Positions 1 through 6,751 of a stretch of 8,129 nt of DNA are shown here, piece after piece (position 1 is the stretch's first letter; each line of letters opens with the position of its first letter). The notes beneath the pieces were generated by a model. It did not search any database and was not told where the DNA came from. It worked only from the letters and a program-made list of their open reading frames with translations. The DNA is taken from assembly GCA_018985225.1 (NCBI GenBank), contig JADGIF010000464.1, forward strand, positions 1-8,129. Direction: 5' to 3'. The stretch is from Amoeboradix gromovi X-113. Lineage: Eukaryota > Fungi > Sanchytriomycota. A program made the translations under genes and the position numbers.

Positions 1-142
1 GATAGGTGTAATTGCACTTGGATCGTGCCTCTCGTTTTGAAGGTGGTCTGCTCTCTTCATCAGCGGAATTGCGCTCTCTTTTCATGCTTTTTAAGTGGCA
101 ATCCTCTTCTTTCAACTCTGATTGAATTGTATTTGAAATCAT
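1..142 (-). CDS. Possible 5' part of an ORF truncated by the window edge (charged, NLS-like)
   Basis: ATG at 142 opens MISNTIQSELKEEDCHLKSMKRERNSADEESRPPSKREARSKCNYTY, with no stop before the window start. Only 47 codons are visible. Confidence 0.3.
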   Translation of the reverse strand, partial: MISNTIQSELKEEDCHLKSMKRERNSADEESRPPSKREARSKCNYTY

Positions 143-272
143 AAAGTCAATAGTTACCGTACAAATCTAAAATAAAGGCTAGATGAAAGAGCAAAAGAAT
201 AGCTATACAGAATATTTATTTTTGAAATTTGGATACAAATTGTCTAGTCTAGTTTTTACAGAGCATGCACCC
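1..272 (-). mobile_element. Probable third, degenerate or longer family B copy running off the window start
   Basis: 186-222 (AAAGAGCAAAAGAATAGCTATACAGAATATTTATTTT) closely matches 3811-3847 inside family B copy 1. 245-258 (TAGTCTAGTTTTTA) matches the TIR core. Confidence 0.5.
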
Positions 273-415
273 TATGTTCAACTTCTGAAGTCAAGCAAAG
301 TAAGATTTTTTATTAATCCATCTATCCGTACCTTAAGAAAATGAGCAGTATCGCCTAGTTATATCTGCGCAAGCCTGAATTGTACCTCTAGCAAATATTT
401 TAATTATCATCTCCT

Positions 416-935
416 CGTTAAAAGTCCTGATTTCCGAGAAAATCGAGAATTTCCACAGAGAAATTTGCAGCGCTAGTGATTCCGTTGTAGTGATTCCTCA
501 CGCTTTCACCACCTTGAGGAGGGATTGAATTAGTATGTATATACTTGCTGTATATATTCCTTGTTGCCATATGATCTCTATTGTTGCACACGTGGTAAGA
601 CCAATGACACAAGAATTATTAAATAAACGGTTTACAAGTTTATTTGTCGTTGATCTCTTTCCTGGCGTTCAGAGACATCTAATTGTTCCATGTTTGGACC
701 AGTTCCTTAACGTTGATGTATACTATAACTGTTACTTATTCTTCAGATCTGACATGTTCAGGGTTACATCTATTGATTAAATTTACCTTTAGTCAAAACG
801 GAGAATATTTAGTATTTGAGGTATTTGAGAAATCTAGAAAAGTCATGCAATTATATGTAAATATATACAGATTCTCGATAATTGATTTATTTTACAAAAT
901 TTAATAGCTGTCTGTCTACCATATTAGAAAATGAA
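416..935 (-). repeat. Family A copy 1: degenerate repeat with RuvC-III-like motif NRDHMATRNI (553-582)
   Basis: Aligns directly with 2944-3425, with near-identical blocks GTCCTGATTTCCGAGAAAATCGAGAATTTCCACAGAGAAA and CAAGAATTATTAAATAAACGGTTTACAA...GTTGATCTCTTTCCTGGCGTTCAGAGACATCTAATT. The right boundary is approximate. Confidence 0.8.
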
Positions 936-1226
936 AAGCCATTAGGCAGGATCCCGTGGTAAACCTTTAAAGAAATGGAGACAAATGCTAGTTACAAACG
1001 GACCTTATCGCAGATAAATTCACTACGACAAAGTTGAAGTTAGGTTTTTGAATGCCTACCTATATAATTGCTACGCTTATGTAAGCTATTCTTAAAAAGT
1101 GAGTGACAAACTGCGGAAACCTCTAGAATTACTTGGTATAATCAAATGACGAAGAGTGAGATTAGTTTAATGATTTTTGCATATTCTGGATTGTACTAGT
1201 ATTACGAAAGTCCTTTAGATATCTAA

Positions 1227-2927
1227 ATGAAATCTAACATGGAGGTCTTCATATCTCTTCATGAAAATACCGAATATGAATACATTTTAGAAGACGAAAA
1301 ATCGTTATCATTTGCTAAGAGATTGTTTACTAGTAGAAAAGAGTATATTTTTTCCGAGTTAACTAATCTTCCTGCAGTATTTCGAATTGTACAGGACCCA
1401 TACATTTTACTAAACCATTTAACCAACGCAGAGCTTTCTACCATCTTTAGCACTAAAGGAAGAAATTCAGATATGATACATGCCATTTTGAATCCTCAGC
1501 AACAGCGATTGTCTGATGGTTACATATCTAATTTAGTTTCCAAAGTTCAATCTGTCAAGGGTAAGCTGTATAGATTAGATAGAAATTACGAGATAAATCT
1601 AAAGCGCACTTTGATTAAGACTTATTATGTTAGAGATACCAAAGACTTGACTCGAATATTCTTATTTCCAAAACCCATTCCGCTTCTTAACAACCATGCT
1701 CCATTATCAGATGAATATGCAGATGCTCTGATGCTCCTTTACCACTCAAAGCGCATCTTGGATCCAAACGATGAACGCTTTATAGAGATTGGGGATGCAA
1801 AACTTCCCTATGTTAATCATGTAATGCAAATGATAGAGGGTAATTATTCCCAATGCAAACCACACGATATTCCTTATTTAAACAGATACACAGTTGGTGA
1901 TATTTACACAAAGCTTCTGCTGCTCTGCATTCCTGTTGTAGATGAAGTTACAAAATATAAAATTTATAATATTTTGCTAGCTCAATTCAAATTTAGAATA
2001 GATTCAAGAGGTTCTTGGTATATAGAGGGTGCAAAATTGATGGATCTGTATGGAATTCAGCAGGGAATGAGCGAAAAACAGCGAAACGAGAAGATTTTAG
2101 CTATCTGCGAAAAAGGAATCAGGGATGAATACTGTCACAATATAGAGAAGATAATACTCACACGTAAAGCCAAAAAACTGCAAAACAAATTAAATACAGT
2201 AAAATCAACTCGACAACGATTTCATATGAATTTAAAGCCCGCACCAGTATTGGAAATACCAGCGAAAATCACGAGAAATGCTAAGTCTAGTAGACCTCTT
2301 TACTCCAGTGGGGACTTCTCAATTGCGCCAGTGTTAGTTGAACCGTTTGTTTTGGAATATTTCAAGAAGTCAGGATATGTAGGAATACACTGTGAAAGCC
2401 GTTTATTCTCTTGTATTTTCTCATTCTTTATGTATCACATTTTATTTAAGCCTGTTCCACATGTATTTGTATACGATAACCAGGAGTATCCATTAGATCT
2501 ATTTTCTCCTCATTTTTTTAAAAATAGATCTACTGATATAATGGAATGGCTAACTATAATAAACACCTTTGATGAAGATAGAATATCAAGATACGTTAAG
2601 AGAAACAACCCAAGATTCGAAAAGTTAGTAATAGGGTTAAATCTGCCGAAAGATGAATCTTATTCTATGAATATTGCGGATTTTAGTAAAGTTTGCTGTC
2701 TACTTGGAGGCAAAGTGATATCTAGCATTTGCAGATATGTATCTTATAATTACAGAAGAAATTTAAGCGGTGGTCCGGACTTGCTCATTTGGAATGATAC
2801 CGAATGTAAAATGATTGAAGTCAAAGGCATTGGTGACAAACTGCAAGTAAATCAACAAATATGGGCAGATTTGCTAGTTGAATGTGGTGCACCCATATAT
2901 CTTTGTCAGATAAGAGAAGAAAATTAG
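1227..2927 (+). CDS. FAN1: FAN1-like (Fanconi-associated nuclease 1) VRR-NUC / PD-(D/E)xK structure-specific DNA repair nuclease
   Basis: 566-aa ORF. The C-terminal motifs GGPDLLIW, MIEVKGIGDKL and QQIWADLL are the VRR-NUC catalytic core. They are preceded by FAN1-typical HCESRLFSCIFSFFMYHILF and QEYPLDLFSPHFFKNR. The N-terminal half is divergent. AATAAA lies at 2931-2936. Confidence 0.88.
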   Translation: MKSNMEVFISLHENTEYEYILEDEKSLSFAKRLFTSRKEYIFSELTNLPAVFRIVQDPYILLNHLTNAELSTIFSTKGRNSDMIHAILNPQQQRLSDGYISNLVSKVQSVKGKLYRLDRNYEINLKRTLIKTYYVRDTKDLTRIFLFPKPIPLLNNHAPLSDEYADALMLLYHSKRILDPNDERFIEIGDAKLPYVNHVMQMIEGNYSQCKPHDIPYLNRYTVGDIYTKLLLLCIPVVDEVTKYKIYNILLAQFKFRIDSRGSWYIEGAKLMDLYGIQQGMSEKQRNEKILAICEKGIRDEYCHNIEKIILTRKAKKLQNKLNTVKSTRQRFHMNLKPAPVLEIPAKITRNAKSSRPLYSSGDFSIAPVLVEPFVLEYFKKSGYVGIHCESRLFSCIFSFFMYHILFKPVPHVFVYDNQEYPLDLFSPHFFKNRSTDIMEWLTIINTFDEDRISRYVKRNNPRFEKLVIGLNLPKDESYSMNIADFSKVCCLLGGKVISSICRYVSYNYRRNLSGGPDLLIWNDTECKMIEVKGIGDKLQVNQQIWADLLVECGAPIYLCQIREEN

Positions 2928-2930
2928 CTA

Positions 2931-2936
2931 AATAAA
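2931..2936 (+). terminator. Putative polyadenylation signal of FAN1
   Basis: AATAAA 3 nt after the stop; the same motif follows all three genes. Confidence 0.5.
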
Positions 2937-2943
2937 TTTACTC

Positions 2944-3396
2944 CGTTAAGTCCTGATTTCCGAGAAAATCGAGAATTTCCACAGAGAAACTAGCAATGCT
3001 AGATGCTACATTACAGCGATTGCTCACGCTTTCACTACCCTGAGGCGGGATTGAATAATGATGCAGATACTTGATGTATATATGTTCCTTGCTGCCATAT
3101 GGTCTCTACTATCGCATATTCAGTTAGACCAATTACAAGAATTATTAAATAAACGGTTTACAATTTTATTTATCGTTGATCTCTTTCCTGGCGTTCAGAG
3201 ACATCTAATTCTTCCATGCTTGGACCAGTTCCTCAGTGTTGATGAATTTATGCTGTATCTGTTAGTTATTTCTTTAGAATTGATTTACCACTTGTGAAAA
3301 GGAAGAATATCAAGCATTTAACCTATTAGAAGAGTCTTGAAGTTATACAAAAATGCATACAAATTCGCAATAAATGATTTATTCAAGAAAACAATC
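2944..3396 (-). repeat. Family A copy 2: degenerate repeat with SRDHMAARNI motif (3081-3110)
   Basis: Direct repeat of 416-905 with the same left breakpoint (CGTTAA..GTCCTGA). The minus frame reads ..VNRLFNNSCNWSN*ICDSRDHMAARNIYTSSICIIIQSRLRVVKA* (stop at 3024-3026). Confidence 0.8.
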
Positions 3397-3512
3397 GAGC
3401 TGCTTTTCTAGCAAATCAAGAATTTTGACTGAGCAACTAAAAAAGATAGTCGATTCATTAAAGTGGCTACTCATGCTTTTAACAGCTTGAAGCGGGATTG
3501 AACAACGATATA

Positions 3513-3727
3513 TGGGACACAAAATATAAAAACTAGACTAACTCGTCTTTAAAGGTGCTCCATACGGAGGAAATGCTATCATTAATAAAAGATCTTCTAT
3601 TATACCAATTTTCTTTCATTACTTTCAATCCCCTTTTCAAAATAAAAGTAGAAGACCCTGCATCTCGTTGAAATATATGAGGTCTTTGGGCCTCTAAGCA
3701 AAAGGTGCATTTTCTTAGACGGTACTC
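3513..3727 (-). ncRNA. Candidate omegaRNA scaffold overlapping the end of the Fanzor-like frame (copy 1)
   Basis: This segment is retained in both B copies and ends at the element right end. It has conserved stems TCTAAG..CTTAGA, AAGACC..GGTCTT and CTCC-GTAT-GGAG. The call is inferred by analogy with TnpB/Fanzor loci. Confidence 0.4.
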
Positions 3728-3895
3728 TTTTCTAGAGTCATTTTGTAATGTTATACTAACATCATTACTCTTGTCAATTTCTTTGAAGTGTAATAGTGAT
3801 ATTTTATTTGAAAGAGTAAGAGAATAGCTGTACAGAATATTTATTTTCCTTTTATACTCGTCAACTCCGCAACTAGCTGAATGTCCACTCGCCTC
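3533..3895 (-). pseudogene. ATG-less open frame (121 codons incl. stop) resembling the TnpB/Fanzor Zn-ribbon + RuvC-III C-terminus
   Basis: Manual translation: ...GVDEYK...EYRLRKCTFCLEAQRPHIFQRDAGSSTFILKRGLKVMKENWYNRRSFINDSISSVWSTFKDELV*. CxxC is followed 10 residues later by RD and then a hydrophobic helix. The TAG stop (3533-3535) lies inside the TIR. The canonical xNAAxNI asparagines are absent. Confidence 0.6.
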
Positions 3896-4877
3896 TTAAA
3901 TAATGTTCCAAGTTGTTACACAAAGTTGGTCCAGTTTTTATATTTGATGTCCCATTTGTAATAAATATTATATGTTCCGTGCTCCCATATGGCCTCTATC
4001 CACTTGTAAATGATCACTTCTATTGTCTTTAATATTTAAGGTGCTTGGGAAACCTATTTTTGCTCATTGATGAGACTCCAGCAAAAACAGTCTCTTTTGA
4101 CGAGGATGTGAAAACACTCAAAGATTATCAAATGTCTTGTAATTGCAGAAGAATCTTTTATTGGTGTTGAGAGATATCAAATAAGCCTTGATGAAGTATA
4201 TGTTCTGTATTTAGTAGTTTCTTTAGACTTGACGTGCCGACGAAACTATTTAAATGCAGTTGGAAAAGTCTAGAAAGAGAGCAAACTGGAGAGATATAGC
4301 TGATCTAATTGCTTAAAATGGCTTGCTCAATTTGGGACCGAGAGATGCCAGTGGTAGAAGTTTCAAGAATGTTTAAGCTACAAGTCGGGAGGACTCCTAG
4401 GAGAATGTGCAATAGCAAGCCCGTTGAGGCTGTTTGATGCCTTCTTGGTTTTTCATGTGTATTCATAAATATATTTAAATTTTTTAGTATTGACAACAGC
4501 GAAGTCCCATAAGACTGTTAGTGATGACACCTGAATTTGCTGATCAACTTCATACTAAGTGCTGCAAGATGTTAACATATTTTGTTCAACCGTCTCACAG
4601 TCCTTCTCTTCTTATCATTGAAATATAAATTGCGAGCAACTTTCTTTCCTACCTATAATTCATCGATGGTGATAATGAAGATAAAAATGCCGCAAAGTGT
4701 ATAATGACTGGACTCCCAAGCTTGATATTTTTGCTATTCTTGTTATCTAAGTGAATATAATCACAAACAGGACTCAATTTACTCTAAAACACATACAGGG
4801 AGTGTCTCCTGGCCGCAGTTGGCCATTACATAAAAATTGGAAGTTATTGGTACTTTATTTCTCCTTGTTTCTTTCGT

Positions 4878-6209
4878 ATGACTTCGTCTTTGTATTCATT
4901 TGCACGGACTGAAATCGTAAATAAACATCAGAAACAAATTGGAGATTACCTGCTGTTAAAAACAATAGGTAGTGGATCAATGGGCAAGGTCAAATTAGGA
5001 ATACATTATGCCAACAAATGCCAGGTAGCAATAAAGTTACTGCCTAGAAAACAGGATGCGCGATGTATTCGTGAGATAGCAGTTATGAAATATTGCAGTC
5101 ACCCTAATATACTGAAGCTTCACTGTGCCTATGTTTCTCCAAATTGGTGGTATTTAATAACAGACTATATAGATGGTGTTCAGGTGTTGGATTGGGTTAT
5201 TGCGAACCAAAAAATACCGGAGGATAAAGCTAGGGATGTAATAAGAATGTTAGCTAGTGCTTTGGGATACCTACATCGCCATTGCATTAGTCACCGAGAC
5301 TTGAAAATCGAAAATTTATTGATTGATCGACAGGGTCAGCTTAAGTTAATTGACTTTGGATTGTCTAACTTCTACAGTGACAAACTACTGGATACTTTTT
5401 GCGGGTCTCTATATTTTGCAGCTCCTGAACTTTTAAAGGCCAACCCTTATAATCCACTTATCGCCGATTGCTGGTCATTTGGCATTATTATTTATGTTAT
5501 TTGCAGCGGAAAGGTTCCATTTGATGATCATAATCTAGCAAAGCTTCATGCCAAAATAAAGTCTGGAGATTTAAAATATCCTGAACATTTCAGCACATCG
5601 CTAGTTAATTTACTTTCAAGGATTATTGTAGTTGATCCTAACATGAGAGTAGATATTGAATGGATCAGAATGTCTAGATGGTTGAATATTAATTATACCA
5701 GTTTTGTAGATTGCCGGGTACCTTATCATCGTGGTGACATCAAGCCAACCCATGTTGACATCTTGAAAGAGATAGGTTTTCACGACATACATTCTTCGGC
5801 TGCTATTCAAATGCATCACTTAATAGATGAGTACACACCAGTGAACCTTGAATCTGTTATTGAGGAGCCAAGCAACAATTTCTTCTCTTTCGTCAAATGT
5901 GCTATAATAACAAGGTGCTCTATTGAATCTTTAACAGATAAGATCATTAAAATGTGCCATGCACATCAATACCTGCTGCAAAAAGAAACAGCACTATCAT
6001 TGAAAATTAGCTCAGAAACTGCAATGTCAGTGGAGGTAACACAACAAAGCTCTGTGCCCAGTATATATAGTGACTTTGGAGCAGAGGTTGTGTTGCAGAT
6101 AGAGATATTAAAGATGTGGAAATGGTATGGTCTGAAATGTACTCGATTAGCTGGAGATATGTATAGTTATAAAAATTTAATTCGGTTGATTAAAAATTCC
6201 TTGATTTAA
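4878..6209 (+). CDS. KIN1: Kin1/Kin2 (PAR-1/MARK) family Ser/Thr kinase with C-terminal KA1 domain
   Basis: 443-aa ORF with GSGSMGKVK, VAIK, HRDLKIEN and DFG. TFCGSLYFAAPELL and GKVPFDD..LHAKIK are characteristic of fungal Kin1/Kin2. The C-terminal LQIEILK..GLKCTRLAGDMYSYKNL is KA1-like. Confidence 0.9.
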   Translation: MTSSLYSFARTEIVNKHQKQIGDYLLLKTIGSGSMGKVKLGIHYANKCQVAIKLLPRKQDARCIREIAVMKYCSHPNILKLHCAYVSPNWWYLITDYIDGVQVLDWVIANQKIPEDKARDVIRMLASALGYLHRHCISHRDLKIENLLIDRQGQLKLIDFGLSNFYSDKLLDTFCGSLYFAAPELLKANPYNPLIADCWSFGIIIYVICSGKVPFDDHNLAKLHAKIKSGDLKYPEHFSTSLVNLLSRIIVVDPNMRVDIEWIRMSRWLNINYTSFVDCRVPYHRGDIKPTHVDILKEIGFHDIHSSAAIQMHHLIDEYTPVNLESVIEEPSNNFFSFVKCAIITRCSIESLTDKIIKMCHAHQYLLQKETALSLKISSETAMSVEVTQQSSVPSIYSDFGAEVVLQIEILKMWKWYGLKCTRLAGDMYSYKNLIRLIKNSLI

Positions 6210-6215
6210 AATGTG

Positions 6216-6221
6216 AATAAA
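6216..6221 (+). terminator. Putative polyadenylation signal of KIN1
   Basis: AATAAA 6 nt after the stop. Confidence 0.5.
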
Positions 6222-6471
6222 ATACTGTTTATTTTAATTTGCCTTCAATATCATGCTCTTAACAAGTGGGACATCAAATAGAAAAACTGGACCAACTTTC
6301 TGAAAAAGTTGGAATCATTATTTCTATTGTATTAACCGATAATAAATTAAAATAAATTAATCTGTTCAAGTAGCTTATTTTAGTATAAAAGCTTTTCATC
6401 CATCAAAATCTTAGAAACAATGATTGCAAGAAGAAGAGAAAACAAAACATAAGTTATATGAAAGGTGGTAG

Positions 6472-6696
6472 AAAGAAAAAGAAAAAGGAACAGATAATGA
6501 GTACCGTCTAAGAGAATGCACCTTTTGCTTAGACAATCAAAGACCTTCACTATTTGAAAGAGAGAGCGGGTCATCTAGTTTTGTTTTAAAGAGGGGAATG
6601 TCATTAATGAAAGAAAATTGGTTTGAAAGAAGGACTCTTATTAATAATAGTATTTCCTCCTTATGGAGCATCTACTTTAAAAACGACTTGGTCTAG
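6472..6696 (+). pseudogene. Open frame (75 codons, 5'-truncated) homologous to the 3533-3727 fragment; RD changed to RE
   Basis: Translation: EYRLRECTFCLDNQRPSLFERESGSSSFVLKRGMSLMKENWFERRTLINNSISSLWSIYFKNDLV*. By hand, 42 of 65 columns are identical to copy 1, with mostly conservative changes and one 3-nt indel. Confidence 0.6.
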
Positions 6697-6716
6697 TTTT
6701 TATATTTGGTGTCCCA
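6499..6716 (+). ncRNA. Candidate omegaRNA scaffold (copy 2)
   Basis: Stems GTCTAAG..CTTAGAC, GACC..GGTC and CTCC-TTAT-GGAG sit at positions equivalent to copy 1. Conservation stops at GTCCCA. Confidence 0.4.
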
Positions 6717-6751
6717 ATTACTCTCAAATTGACGAGGACCCCTTGTAACGC

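Larger units (their letters stand above)
3513..3954 (-). mobile_element. Family B copy 1: 442-bp non-autonomous TIR element (MITE-like) carrying a TnpB/Fanzor-like C-terminal fragment
   Basis: TIRs at 3513-3543 (TGGGACACAAAATATAAAAACTAGACTAACT) and 3924-3954 (reverse complement TGGGACATCAAATATAAAAACTGGACCAACT) match at 27/31. The element is homologous to 6267-6716 in inverted orientation and interrupts a family A copy. Confidence 0.9.
3397..4320 (-). repeat. Family A copy 3, more diverged and split by the family B element (pieces ~3397-3512 and ~3955-4320)
   Basis: 3397-3509 aligns without gaps to 2950-3062. 3971-4000 encodes DRGHMGARNI on the minus strand. 4188-4233 resembles 3239-3283 and 713-753. 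The right boundary is approximate. Confidence 0.7.
6267..6716 (+). mobile_element. Family B copy 2: 450-bp non-autonomous TIR element carrying a TnpB/Fanzor-like C-terminal fragment
   Basis: TIRs at 6267-6297 and 6686-6716 match at 27/31. The 5' ~55 nt and 3' ~215 nt align with the reverse complement of 3513-3954, while the middle segments differ. Confidence 0.9.

Noticed and set aside
553-582. + strand YIPCCHM read as a SWIM zinc finger of a Mutator transposase
   Set aside because: No upstream CxC occurs in any copy.
418-612. RDHMATRNI...EILDFLG read as a tyrosine-kinase catalytic loop (HRDLAARN...DFG)
   Set aside because: Two residues separate RD from AARN, which is the TnpB spacing (kinases have one). 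There is no His before RD, no true DFG and no other kinase subdomain.
612-905. Alternative genetic code (TAA/TAG = Gln) to open minus-strand frames of family A
   Set aside because: The host genes are long, have no internal TAR codons, and end in TAG, TAA and TGA, so the standard code applies.
1259-1486. 75-aa minus-strand ORF
   Set aside because: Antisense shadow of FAN1 with no motif.
4305-4496. 63-aa minus-strand ORF with TTG start
   Set aside because: Non-ATG start in a eukaryote and no recognisable motif.
4333-4509. TGGGAC...GTCCCA pair suggesting another TIR element
   Set aside because: Only the terminal 6 bp match, with no TIR core.
5616-5819. 67-aa minus-strand ORF
   Set aside because: Antisense shadow of the kinase.
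6380-6574. 64-aa hydrophobic minus-strand ORF
   Set aside because: It is antisense to A-rich element sequence; the frame conserved between the B copies is on the opposite strand.
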